Shown here: positions 40,388 through 53,800 of the stretch, piece by piece
Layout of the letters: each line of letters opens with the position of its first letter
Position numbering within the stretch: position 1 is the first letter of the stretch
Origin: Eledone cirrhosa
Taxonomy: Eukaryota
Direction: 5' to 3'
Length of the DNA: 64,000 nucleotides
NCBI GenBank assembly: GCA_964016885.1
Contig: OZ024742.1
Coordinates: 40,362,001-40,426,000 of the forward strand
The notes under the pieces: model-generated
Seen by the model: the letters and a program-made list of their open reading frames with translations, nothing else
The model's database searches: none
What the model was told of the DNA's origin: nothing
Program-made: the position numbers and the translations under genes

Positions 40388-41699
40388 TTATCTGATGCAC
40401 ATGGAAGATGACAGCTATAACAAGAATTCAAAGAAATCTTAGGGAACTCACGGAACAGGAAACCCAGAAAGACATAGGATGAGGTAGTGGGGACTAACCT
40501 AATGAAGCGGAACCTAACAATGGAGCTGACAAAAACCATGAGAGCTTGAGACATTGTGTGTTGGTGAAGACCTGCCTACCAGTATAAAACTTGACCAGAC
40601 CTATCCATGTACATCCACTTCACCTCTCTCCATTCCTGTCTGCTAGCCATCCTCTCTATCACAACACTCTCCACTTCCTTCTTGCCTGTCTCCCAACTGC
40701 CAAATCTGCAGTAGCTATTCTCAGACTTACTTGTCATCCACACTCCTCTTAAATCCTAATGTACACACTCTATCCACGGTCACCATCTAACACCCCACTT
40801 TACTCTAGATCCCACATCCACAGCTCTGACATACCAGTCATAGCCATTAGTAGGTGTTATTACCACAGTACATTCCGATACTGTTGGAGGTCATCCCTCC
40901 TGCTTACCCTACACCACCTCATCAAATTTGCCAGTTTTAGTACACACTCATGGCATGCACTCCACTCCTGTCCATAGGGTACTGGGGGATTTTCAGCTGA
41001 GTCAATGAATGACAGCCTCTCTAGTGCCAGTGCCATGAAAAATGCACCCAGTAAACCCTGTAGAGTGGTTGGTGATAGGATAGGCAACATGCTGTAGGAA
41101 CAGGGCCAAAAAGATTGAGAGGACTCTTTAGTTGTGTCAGAAACCTCTCTAGTGTTGATGATATACATGATAAATGTACCCAGTACACACAGTAAATTAG
41201 TTGGTAATAAGAAAGTAATCAAGTTGTAGAAAACGTGCCAAACAAAGAAAAGGTCTGGATGACTCTTCTGGTGTGCCATAGACATGACAACCTCCCTAGA
41301 ATTGGTGATCTACACAATAGACACACCCAGTACATGCTATAAAGTGGTTGGTGAAAAGAAAGGCATCCAGCTGTAGAAAACTTTCCAAAGAAAGGGTTGT
41401 AGACATGACAACCTCCCTAATATAAGGGCCATGATAAAATGCAGTCGTGAACCCTTAACATAATTCTCAGGAAGATTCAGCATGATACAATATGTGATAA
41501 AGTTAGCCCTTACTGGATGGCTTTCAAACAGTTTCTGTCTAGCAAATTTCACTTAAAAAGCATGAGTCAACCTGAGGCTATGTTAAACGATACTTTCCCA
41601 AGATGCCATGTAATGGTATTGAACCTAGGACTAAAAGGTTGTGAAGTAATCCTTTAAACCATTCAGCAATGCTGTTTGCCATAAAACAATACAAGAATA

Positions 41700-42245
41700 A
41701 ATTCACTCTCACTGATAGAATAGATACAACACCCAGTAAAACTACACAAATCACACATATTGCATACTACAAGAACCAAATGCACCCAAGTTACAGAATG
41801 GAAGAATATGGCATTAAAAAACTCATGTATCACATTTTTCCAGATATACTTGAACATCCTCCTCATTAACAAGACTAGAAACTGGCAACAGGTCATACTT
41901 CAGAAACGTAGCCCCTCACAAAGACCCTGGTAAAGAGGATTGACAGCTTCGATAACAGAGCCCTGAGGACCATTAAGAACATCAGATAGTACCACCATGT
42001 TTCCAACATAGAGATGCATGCACACACGCATCAGACTACAATCTCCTGCCTCATAAACATCCACTACATGCATTGGTATGGACCTCCACCTGCTGCCAGA
42101 TCATCCTACCAGGGCCAAACTCTCATTTGATGCAGCAGATACAGGATGGAAGATGCCCCATGGCAGACCCCACATGAGACCCCCAGTAATGGAGACAACT
42201 GGTGGACCTGGTCAGCTCTACACACAATGATGCCCCTGGGATCAC
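41700..42245 (+). mobile_element. Highly degenerate RTE-group LINE fragment
   Basis: Traces of SET.PLTK...RIDSFDNRALR.I..IR..HHVSN, WYG and GRP. Confidence 0.5.
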
Positions 42246-42318
42246 TTACCTAGGATGGCCCCAGTCTCATTGAGCAAGAGCAAGATGAAGAAAAAGAAGA
42301 TATATACATATATATATA

Positions 42319-42399
<81 letters not shown>

Positions 42400-44292
42400 C
42401 CAACCCTTGCAAGCAGGGAAAAGCGGACGTAAAATGATGATGATGATGATGATATAAATATATATATATATATGATGATGATGATATATATATATATTGC
42501 TAGCAGGGAAAATGGACATTAAATGATATATATATAGCAGATATAGCATGATTAAATGGTGTTAAGAAGTTCATTTCACAATCACGTTCAATGTTACTGC
42601 TTGTTATTTGTTATAGGCTTAGGTCAACTGAAGCTTTATAAGTGGAATTGTGTTGGCGTAAAGTCTTCGGAAGTCTGTTGGACAGACTGTGCCCACCTTG
42701 TCATACTCTGTGTCATGCTGAATCTTCTTGAGAATTACATTAAAGGTACACATACCTATAGAATGCTCAGCCACTTGCATGTTGATTTCATGAGCAGCCT
42801 GTTTGATTTATCAACAACTGGAACACTTATTGTTGAAATCAATGTAGGTCTATCCCATTCTACACACACACATATATACACATACACACAAATATATAAA
42901 CATGATATTGAATATATAAAATCAATAAGATGAGGGAAATACCAACATCCCTTGTAGCCTGTAGTTGAGTGTGAACGTCTCTCATTTTTTCTTATCTAAC
43001 TAATTCTTATTGATTTGTTTCTATTGTAAATCATATAAATTATATAAATTGTGTTATTAACTGGCAATTTATCTTCTATTTTAATTACATAAAATAAATA
43101 GAAATTCTTAATGCCATATGATACTGAGAACTGAGAGGTTAAACTTTAGAATACACTTTTTTCATTTGCTCTTATTTTCTGCACCATACTTTTCATAATA
43201 TATTGAAGCTGCTACTACCACCACTACCCTCACTAATAGTACTAATAATACCACTATTATTCATCAGAATTACGCTTACTCTAGATTACTAATTACCCCA
43301 CCACCATTATTATTATTATTCTGACCATTATCTTGTGGTAACAACTATAATAATTGCGAGAATTACAAGTCACCACTGTCATCACCACCATTGCTGTATA
43401 AAGTATATATTAATTCCACACCATCACCAGTTTATATTATTGCTTACCATTCCCATAACAGCAGCACCATTATCACTTTATATTACTACTCTCCATTCCC
43501 ATGACACTGATTACAACTACTATAATAAAACTTACTACCACTAGTAACAGTGATAAGGTCAGTGAATTGGCTGAGTCGTTAGGGCATGAGATTAAATACC
43601 TCAGTATCTGTTTCAGCTGATTGTGTTCTGAGTTCAAATCCTGCAAAGTTCAACTTTACCTTTCATCCTTTTAAGGTCAAGAAATAAAATACTAGCCTAA
43701 TAAGTGAGTCGATTCTACCTCCATGTCTTTTTATCTCTTACCCCGCCTCTCACCCCTCTCTCTCACCTCTCTTACTCATTCTCCCTTTCTCCAGAAGAAA
43801 TCAGCTGCCTTTGTCTTCTGACTTGGAGAGGAATGGGCTCTATCAAGTTTACGAATGCCCAAGACACGCAGTGAATTAGAAGTCACCCCTACGACTCTAT
43901 CAGAGGTTAAAGATGCAAATAAAAAAAATATCATCCAAGCCAACGTTCGAGCATCTACATGGGAGCATCTACATAGTCACTCTACCTACATTAAATAACA
44001 CCCTCAAATTATACCTTGCTGTCTTTAGAATGGCAGTCCTGGGTTGCTAACAGAGAGAAAAGACACATTGGTAATGGCTGAAATGCCTTTGACCATAAGT
44101 CTGCTCAATCAGTGGTGACTTGAATCTATACAACAACAACCCTTACAAAAATCACTATTATCACTAGTACCTCCTTCCTCACCCCCAATGCTGGAAATCC
44201 CATAAATACCTAATGGATATAAACCCCAAAAGCTTTTAACCATGGGCACAATTTCACACACACACTCTTAATAATATTATTTACCACTAATA

Positions 44293-44597
44293 AGGGCGGT
44301 GAATTGGCAGTATCTGTAGAGAGTCGGACGCCATGCTTTCCAGCATAGTTACGTCTCTTTACAATCTGAGTTCAAATCCCGCCGAGGTTAACTTTGCCTT
44401 TCATCCTTACGGGGGTCGATAAAATAAAGTACCAGTAATGTACTGAGTAATTGCGGGCCTTGTGCCAAAAGTAGAAACAATTATTTACCACTAATAATTG
44501 TTTCTACTTTTGGCACAAGGCCAGCAATTACCCAGTACATTACTGGTACTTTATGTTATCGACCCTGTAAGGATGAAAGGCAAAGTTAATCTCGACA
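44293..44597. mobile_element. Full Meta-like SINE (+) followed tail-to-tail by a truncated inverted copy (-)
   Basis: TSD attatttaccactaataa flanks the first copy. 44496-44597 is the reverse complement of ~44385-44482. Confidence 0.85.
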
Positions 44598-44790
44598 ATA
44601 ATGAATGACAGTACCATTGCACAGTCACTTGACAGGCTATTAATAGCAGCCAACTTCCCTACCATCTTGAAGAAGTAAGATCACATTAAATAAAGTGTTA
44701 ACAACTACCAGTGATGCCAATATTGTTAATAGCTACTGGTGACACTATGAGTTAAACAAATTTAAATGAAAGAAAATGTTTCCAACTCAC

Positions 44791-44872
44791 CATAAAGAAA
44801 GGGTGCCAGAAAATGTGTTTCTTCCCACTGTAGTTGTCAAGAGTACCCCGAGCAAGTAACGATTCCGTCAAA
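44791..44872 (-). CDS. SLC35F6: Internal coding exon (exon-2 equivalent) of an SLC35F6-like transporter gene
   Basis: Minus strand: polypyrimidine tract + ttctag acceptor, 82 nt reading (x)LTESLLARGTLDNYSGKKHIFWHPFFM, then a gtgagt donor. Resembles the SLC35F6 segment WAD...H.F.HPF.Q as I recall it. It ends in phase 0 and joins in frame to the exon at 7569. Confidence 0.8.
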
Positions 44873-45839
44873 CTAGAATATATAAGAAAACAAAATATTA
44901 ATATAGAGATATTTAAGATAAATATAAACACTTTAAAAACAGAAATTTAGAAAAATATTAATGGACCAAGGGACTGAACTCCTGATGGAGTTGTAGATGT
45001 GCCAATGTGACATCCTGTGTGACTTAGGTTTGCAGAAATGGTTATGTGCTTTGCTGTATTTAGTTACATCCCTTTACATTCTGAATTCAAATCCTTTCAG
45101 GGTTTATTTTGCCTTTCATTCATCTGTGATAAATAAAATAAATACCAGCCAAGTAGAATGTATCTATCACCCATCTTAACACCATCACCCCACTCTTGGG
45201 AGCCATTTGTGGAAATCACTCTGTTGTAAGTATTCAGGCCAGTTCTTTAGTGTGAGGGAAACTGCCACCCTCCCTTCCACCAGTCTCAGAGGTTCTGAAA
45301 ATGGGGCAAGGACTCTGCTCTAGTTCTTCTGGCTAAACTATGAAATATTTACAAAATAAAGTAAATTTTATTCAACCATACCCTATGCATTTGTGCCCTT
45401 GTGTCAATATTATGAAAATGAAATTTACAGCTCACACCTATACAGGTTTAGCTGGCCTCATATGAATTTGCATTTCCTAGGGGGTTTTTTATGTTTTAAT
45501 GATAGTGAATCAATTCCTATCATCAAAAACAACCTGAGTAAAGTATCTTATTCAAGAATATGAGCTACCCAGTCCAGAAATCGAACCCATGACCTTAAGA
45601 CGGAGTTCAATATCCTAACCACAACCTCATATGCTACTAGTATCAGAAATCCAATATTTCCTCATGGTGAAAGAAAAACATTGAAAATTGGGGCATTTGG
45701 GTCCTAACTAATGGTGATAAACCTCTAACGTAAAAATGACGTCCTTATTGCTGATTGGAGCAACACTTCAGTTGCATTAAGGTACATGAATGCAGACCTT
45801 CACTGAATCTAAATAAATGCTTGGAGATACAATATTATA

Positions 45840-46260
45840 GTGGCAGAATCGGTAGAGCGTCGGACACCATCCTTCACAGCACAGAGTTATGGCCCTTTAC
45901 GGCCTGAGTTCTAATATTGCCAAGGTTAGCTGTGCATTTCATCCTTACACACCAGTAATTTAATTGACTTCCCCCGCTTCAAATTGCTGGCCTTGTGCCT
46001 AAAGTAGAAACAATTATATATTGATATATTCAATATTATAATATATAATACAGTTTATACTTTAGACACAATGCCAGCAATTCTCGGTGGAGAAGTTTAG
46101 CCAATTAAATCGACTCCACCACTTGACTGGTACATTATTTTATCAACTCCAGAAGAAAAGCAAAGTTTACCTCAATGTAATTCAAACTCAGTAAATAAAG
46201 TTGTAACTAAATACCATGAGGTGTTTTATCCAATACTCTATTGACTCTGTCAATCCACAT
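45840..46260. mobile_element. Two diverged Meta-like SINEs in inverted orientation
   Basis: + copy ends gtagaaacaatt (~46016). A degenerate - copy spans 46050-46260. Confidence 0.6.
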
Positions 46261-48168
46261 GTGGAACAGTACAGATATCATGTGAGTTTAAATACCCCAG
46301 GGTGTTGACTTTGCCTTTTATCTTTCTTTGGTCGATAATAGATATACACAATAGCTGTCATTGTTGTGCCAATATTAGACATCATTATTTATTATTCGAC
46401 CAAGAGCATGGCATGTAATAGAACAGGATATTTATAAGTCTATAAACCACAAGCTCAAGGCAAAAAAAGTAAAACCTGATAGAAAAAAAAACAAAAAAAA
46501 ACACAATTTATTTTAGAAAATACTAGAACAAACATGTTCATGTAAATCATAATAGATGGAAACTTTATAGGCAGCTTAGAGCTAACGTGCTGTTTAACAA
46601 GATGGTAGTCACTTAAGGCCAAGAAATATCAGTAGTAGTTGCTGCAAAAGAACTGTTAGTCTCTGCAAAAACAAAAGAAGTTTATCAATAACTGAAAATA
46701 GGGCAGGAGATATATAGTTATTTACTTTGTAGAAAACAAAATGAATGCAATGAAAACATGTGTGTGTGTGTATGAGTGCATGTGTGTTTGGTTGTGCAAA
46801 CACTAGTTGGAAAATTTCACTAAGCACAAAACTCCTGGCTCTTGAGGCACTGGTATAACTTTCCAGCTATATTAAAATAATATATTGAAGCAGTTAACTT
46901 TAAGCTAACATACATTAAAATTCATAATTCACTCAGTGCTTTTTTGTCAGCTCACTTTGGTGAAATGGGTAGCACAATCATCTAGCATACAGCCAGTGTG
47001 AAGACGACTCCCATAATTGATACTGTCCACTTTTTTCTGTCTTTAGAGGCCCAACTTGTTCAAATATTTTTCATAGTCAAACACATATGTTGAAGCAGTT
47101 AACTTTAAGTCAATATACATTCACAATTCATAATTTACTTAATGCTACCTAAATATTTATATCGTTTATATTTATATATCGTAGTTTTTAACATCATTCT
47201 GTCATACTGGCTTGGGTTGGACAGGTTGTCACATTCTTGGACCAGATGAGCTGGAGATACTTTTTTCTTGCTCATATATTCCGTATTTGCCATAGTCTCT
47301 ATGACTGGATGCCTTCCTTAACATCAACCACTTTACAGAGTGTACTGTGTGCATTTTTCATAGCACCAACACTATGAGTTTATAAATATATATATCATCA
47401 TCATAAGTTAACATTAATTTTCTCTGCTAGCAAACAACAGTAGTCGAGAATGAGAAATTAAGGAATTGACCTGCTGGGTCCATTGTTTGATCAATGAAAC
47501 AGCCTGTTAATGAAATAAATGTGTAATGAAATAAATGTGTAAGATGTGTGAACCCTTAATGTAATTCTTAGGGAGATTCAGTATGACATATGGCAAGGTT
47601 GGCCCCCTTCAAATACAGGTATAATCCATATGATGAGCTTCCAAACAATTTCTATCTACCCAATTTCACTCACAGGGCTTGACCCAAGATTATGGTAAAT
47701 AACATGCTCCAGATGCCAGGCAGTGGGATTGAATCCAGGATCTAATGAACTTGTTAACAATTTGACCCTGCTGCTTCCAGAAGAGAAGACAAAAGAAGTG
47801 GTTTGAATTGTGAGGGGAAATATAATGACACTATCAAAAATATGTGATATATCACATAATTTGTGTGATTCACTATCATCAATCTGCACTAGTTTATCAA
47901 TATTTATGAGATGGGTATTATCGGTTTTTAAACAATTTAGTAAATACTGCCATCAGCCCCACCCCTGCCCCCACCCCACCCCCACACACTTACCCATGAA
48001 AAAAGAAAAGAGAAATGAGGAAGAAACCATTTCCACTGTGAAACTGTTTGTAACTCTTTACACTTTTGCTAGTTTCATTCATTTGACTATGACCATGCTG
48101 GGGCACTACCTTGAATTAGTCAATCATACATAAAACCAATATGAGCACTAATGTGCATACACGCACAT

Positions 48169-48272
<104 letters not shown>

Positions 48273-48343
48273 GTAGACAGACTGATATGCAAACAAAGTC
48301 AGATATATAACGAGAGAGAATGAGAAATGGTGGGGTAAACATT

Positions 48344-48375
<32 letters not shown>

Positions 48376-48692
48376 TGGATGAGAAAATGGTATGCTAAGG
48401 ATGTTTCACAATTGAAGTTTAATATCCTGTTGTGCACTATCTATAATGAAAGTTCCATCTTATACAACGACCATAGCAGATGCTTCTAAATGCTGTAGAG
48501 AATTATTAAATATCTTAATGTCTATATGTATGTGTCTCTGTATTAGTTAGTGTGTCTGTGTTAGTGTATCATTTTATAGAAAAGACGATTTAAGTATAAT
48601 TAAACACACACATTCACATGTGTGTGTATATATACATATATATATATATAGAGAGAGAGAGATAGATCAAGTTTAATAGAGAAATGGCTTCT

Positions 48693-48740
48693 ACAGGACT
48701 AGAACTGTTTCATTCAAAAGAAATTATCAGGAAAGCCCTA
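48693..48740 (-). ncRNA. Degenerate minimal hammerhead
   Basis: tagggct(ttc)-CTGATAA-t-ttc-tttt-gaa-t-GAAA-cagt-TC-tagtcctg. Related fragments at 30415-30460 (+) and 55445-55510. Confidence 0.45.
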
Positions 48741-49064
48741 CGAATGCATTGAGTACCTTACTAATGTGGTTACCCACAATTGAACCCAGGAGTCAAATAT
48801 ATGTGTGTGTGTGTGTATTTGAAATGCATGTCTCAACACATATGACCATGATGAGAGTCAATCAAGTAATAATTGAGAAAATCAAGTAAAGTAACACAGA
48901 AAAAATTATTATGGTCATTTGCACAGGAACGCACACAATTCAAATTTTTCTAATGCTTCCTAAGCCAACCATTTTAGATATCTATCTATCTTGCCATATC
49001 TCTTTCTATATATATGTGTGTACAACATGTATATATATATATATATATATGTTTGTATGTATTA

Positions 49065-49162
49065 CAGCAGTACATATTCTAAAATTGGAATGATACAGAG
49101 AAGATTAGCATAGCTCCCTGCACAAGGATGACACAGAAAATTGTGACGCATTCCATATTTTT
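49065..49162 (+). pseudogene. U6: U6 snRNA retrocopy
   Basis: gcagtacatattctaaaattggaatgatACAGAGAagattAGCatagctccctgcacaaggatgacac...ttccatattttt follows U6 to its oligo-U end. The first ~11 nt are absent and no snRNA promoter is visible. Confidence 0.92.
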
Positions 49163-49418
49163 CCACAAGCTTCCGCCCCCCCCCCACCCTCTCTAGTTTC
49201 AAGACAATAGTGCCCAGTCCACATTGTAATGTGGTCATGTAGGTGACATGACAAAAAAGCATCCAGCACACACTGTAAATTAGGAAGGGCACCCAGCTGT
49301 AGAAACCAAGCCAAAATCTGCTCTGGGTCAGCTAAACATCTTCTAACCTGATTCTCTCCCTAAGGGTCAACCCATCCTACCCATGCTAGCATGGAACATG
49401 GGCGTTAAATGATGATGA

Positions 49419-49421
<3 letters not shown>
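49163..49421 (+). mobile_element. RTE 3'-UTR segment fused to U6
   Basis: gtccacattgtaatgtggtcatgtaggtg..ttaggaagggcacccagctgtagaaa..cccatgctagcatggaa..cgttaaatgatgatgatg. Confidence 0.8.
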
Positions 49422-49469
<48 letters not shown>

Positions 49470-49482
49470 TATATATATATGC

Positions 49483-49515
<33 letters not shown>

Positions 49516-49619
49516 AGCAGAAGGGATATTCAATTTGTTGGTAATTCAACAAATATAATTCAACAATATATAACAGAATAAATATGGTTTTATAAATATA
49601 GTTTCCATTTGTTTAATAT

Positions 49620-49679
<60 letters not shown>

Positions 49680-49815
49680 GGCTGCCTTTTCACACTACAA
49701 CAGTTGTTTTACAGGCAGTCTCTGGGTCAAATTTTCATTTTCCTATTCTCTTGTCCTTATCTTTGGGTTCAATTTATTGACATTTTTCAGCATATCTACA
49801 GTCCAGCCTTCTGGT

Positions 49816-49819
49816 GGTA

Positions 49820-49852
<33 letters not shown>

Positions 49853-49865
49853 TATATCCTGTTGG

Positions 49866-49907
<42 letters not shown>

Positions 49908-49916
49908 TCCTGTTGG

Positions 49917-49952
<36 letters not shown>

Positions 49953-50011
49953 TATATCCTGTTGGTAATATATATATATATATACTCACACACACACATA
50001 TATCCTGTTGG

Positions 50012-50066
<55 letters not shown>

Positions 50067-50082
50067 GCACATATATCCTGTT

Positions 50083-50140
<58 letters not shown>

Positions 50141-50153
50141 TATATCCTGTTGG

Positions 50154-50191
<38 letters not shown>

Positions 50192-50247
50192 TATATCCTG
50201 TTGGTATATGTATATATATATATATATGCACACATATATCCTGTTGG

Positions 50248-50281
<34 letters not shown>

Positions 50282-50292
50282 TATATCCTGTT

Positions 50293-50346
<54 letters not shown>

Positions 50347-50441
50347 TATATCCTGTTGATATATATATATACACACACACATATATCCTGTTGGTATATG
50401 TATATATATATATATATATACACACACATATATCCTGTTGG

Positions 50442-50493
<52 letters not shown>

Positions 50494-50514
50494 TCCTGTT
50501 GGTATATATATATG
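49816..50514. repeat. Compound satellite: constant core catatatcctgttggtat with variable (TA)n(CA)n spacers
   Basis: 13 cores here, 1 more at ~50867 and 2 at 55146-55195. Confidence 0.95.
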
Positions 50515-50851
50515 GAGGCACATGGCTTAGTGGTTAGAGCATTGGCCTTGCAATCGAAAGGTTGTGAGTTCAATTCTCAGACCGGGTGATGTGTTGTTTC
50601 CTTGAGCAAGACACTTTATTTCACATTGCTCCAGTTTACGCAGCTGTAGAAATGAGATGATAGGGACTGGGTTCCATATCATTCCACTGCAAAGTGGTCG
50701 TGGAGGTGCCACGGCAAAAAAGCACCCAGCACTCACAGTAAATGAGGTTGGTGTTAGGAAGGGCATCCAGCTGTAGAAATCAAGCCAGAATCAGTTCCCG
50801 TCCCACCCTTGCAAGCAGGGAAAAGGGTAGACGTAAAATGATGATGATGAT
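50515..50851 (+). mobile_element. CORE-type SINE with RTE-derived 3' tail and (GAT)n
   Basis: tRNA head + CORE, then a segment matching the 3' UTR of the RTE at 31965-32115, ending gacgtaaaatgatgatgatga. Confidence 0.8.
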
Positions 50852-50884
50852 ATACACTCACATATATCCTGTTGGTATATATAT

Positions 50885-53800
50885 ATAATTGTCTTTCTAT
50901 AATTCTGTCTCACTGTTCTAAAAATCTTCTCCACGTTGTTATAAATAATCTTCCCGCTACCATTTTGGCCGAAAAGTTTTTCCAGGATTCATAGAAATGG
51001 CTTCTCTCTCTCTCGGCCCTCTAAAATCGCTTCACCTTCACTCTCTCTCTATCATATACGTCGCTCTCTCACTCCCTCTCACTCCCTACGCACTACCACC
51101 AAATATAAATATAAATAAGCCTGTTACGGGGGACAAAACTCAGAATTTGTCAACTTTTATTGATGGTCAGTCGGCTTCTAAGAAATGTAACGTACAAATA
51201 TCATTTTCTTCTTAACTCCCCACCCTTCGGTTCATTCATCCATATATCTAAAATCGCCCAGAATCACAATCTTATTCATAATTGTCTTTCTATAATTCTG
51301 TCTCACTCTCTCTCCAACAATATATGTCGCTCTCTCACTCCCTCTCACTCCCTACGCACCAAATATAAATAAGCCTGCTCCTCACAAACTACCCATACCC
51401 CTCTCTCCCGCCCCCACTCACCACCTTATTATTTGGACCAATCACAAGTCAACGGCCTATGCTATCACTTCTGGTTGCTTTTCGATATGATGGATGGACT
51501 AAGGAATTTCTGGAGAGTCTGAAGAATCTGGACACCCGAAGACAATGCCAAAGATAACGACAAATTCACCTCATGCTGCCGGACGAAAGGGCAAGGCCCC
51601 CTCCTCTTTGTTGCGGCCGCGGATGGCCAACATAACCCCAACCCCATCCACCTCACCCCTCCCTGCGCCCCACCCACCAAACGCAATCCAAAACTTCAGA
51701 GTTGGTACCATGAATGTAGGCACCTTAAAAGGCTGCTCTAACGAGGTTGTAGAAATGCTTGAACGTAAGGAGGTTGATGTTTGCTGTATCCAAGAGACCA
51801 GGTGGAGGGGTGGGTCTGCTAGATTAATTGTGGGTAAAAAACGATGCTATAAGCTTTTCTAGGTGGGAAATGACAATGGGCTGGGTGGGGAAGGAATCAT
51901 GTTAGCAGAAAAATGGGTGGATAAGATAATAGACGTAAATAGAGTGAATGACAGAATAATTAAAATAAGACTTGCTCTAAATAGAACTACTGTGACGGTA
52001 ATATCTGCGTACGCGCCCCAATCCGGACTGCCTGGCGCTATAAAAGACAGTTTCTATGAGACACTGATGGTCACTACCTCCCAAATAACCGACAGTGACT
52101 ATATAATTATTGCTGGCGACCTAAATGGTCACGTTGGACAACATTGTGATGGCTATGGTGGAATCCACGGAGGCTATGGGTTTGGTACTAGAAATGAGGA
52201 AGGCTCCAGAATCCTGGAATTCTGTGATGCAAATAACCTAACTATCTGTAACACTAACTTCAAAAAATGAGACAATCACTTGATCACCTACAGATCAGGG
52301 GAACATACCAGCCAGGTAGATTATATCCTTAGCAGAAGACGTGACAGAGTGTCTGTTGTAAACACTAAATCCCTCCCCCATGAGGAATGCACCTCCCAAC
52401 ATAGACTCATAATTAGCGACCTCATAGTCAGGACGAGACGTACTCGACAGCAGAAGAGGACTATCCTCAGGAGAAAAATATGGAAGCTAAAGGACCCCAC
52501 AACCAGAAATAAATTTAAAAGCATATTACTTGATGCTTTTGACAGTAAGGAAGAGCATTTAGAGTCGTACAATATAGAGGAGCAGTGGGAATTCCTGAAA
52601 GCAAACCTGCTGATGGCGGCAGACGAAGTCTGTGGCTGGAGTAGGCCTATAGGCAGGAGGAGAGTAACATGGTGGTGGAACAGTAAGGTGGAGGAGTCAA
52701 TTAAGGCCAAAACGCAGGCTTGGAAAGTATGGCAGGATGGGGGAAGTAGAGAAGACTATCAAGTGGCCAGGAGGGAAGCTAGGAGACAAGTGTACTTCGC
52801 AAGAAGGGAAGCAGAGGAAAGAAAGTTCAAGCATGTTCTACAACACGAGGACCAAAAACGTGAGGTGTTCAGGATTGCTAGGCAATGTGTCAAGGAAAAT
52901 CATGATATTGTCGGGGAGAAGTGTGTACTTAATGATGATGGAGTACTCGCCATCACTGATGCTGATAAGAAGGTAGCTTGGAAGTGTCACTACGAAAGGC
53001 TACTAAATGAGGAGAATAAATGGGAGAAAGACAGTCTCCCCCACATCGACCCAATAGAGGGACCAGCAGTGTTAGTCGAAGGTAGTATAATAAGTAAGGC
53101 AATCAAAGATACGAAGACGGGTAAGGCGGCTGAGCCTTCGGAAATAGTTGCTGAGATGCTGAAAGCCTCTGGAACGGTGGGACACACCATGGTCACCCGG
53201 ATGGTAAACCAAGTCATACAGAATGGGGTTGTTCTGAAGGACTTACGTAGCAGCATCATCATTAACTGTTACAGGGGTAAAGGAGATGCCCTAGATAGGA
53301 GTAACTATAGAGGCATTAATCGACCAGGTCATGAAGGTCACGGAAAAAGTAATAGCGCAACTAATCAGAGAGAGAATTGATCTAGATGAAATGCAGTTCG
53401 GGTTTGTGTCAAGCAAAAGTACCACCGACGCTCTTTTCATTGTACGACAACTACAGGAGAAGTACCTAGCAAAAAGTAAACCCCTATACTTAGCTTTTGT
53501 CGACTTGGAGAAAGCCTTCGACAGAGTCCCCCGTTCCATTATCTGGTGGGCTCTTAGAAAACTAGGTGTTGATGAATGGCTTGTGAGAGCTATACAAGCC
53601 ATGTATAAAGAAACAGTCAGTAAGGTTAGAATTAACAACGAATATAGTGAAGAGTTTAGCGTAAAAGTTGGTGTTCATCAGGGCTCCGTTCTTAGCCCCC
53701 TACTATTTATTATTGCCCTTCAGGCTATAACAGTTCAAGACCGGCTGCCCATGGGAACTTCTATACGCAGATGATCTAACGCTCATAGCTGAATCAATGG

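Noticed and set aside
46613-46662. Minus-strand acceptor-flanked segment RLTVLLQQLLLIFLGL
   Set aside because: Poor donor and no similarity to the expected N-terminus.
49774-50589. Long YIYI/CVCV ORFs and CRISPR-like periodicity
   Set aside because: Translation of (TA)n/(CA)n. Spacers are microsatellite rather than unique sequence, there are no cas genes, and the context is eukaryotic.
50515-50590. tRNA gene
   Set aside because: tRNA-like head of a SINE: it continues into CORE and lacks a proper acceptor stem and terminator.
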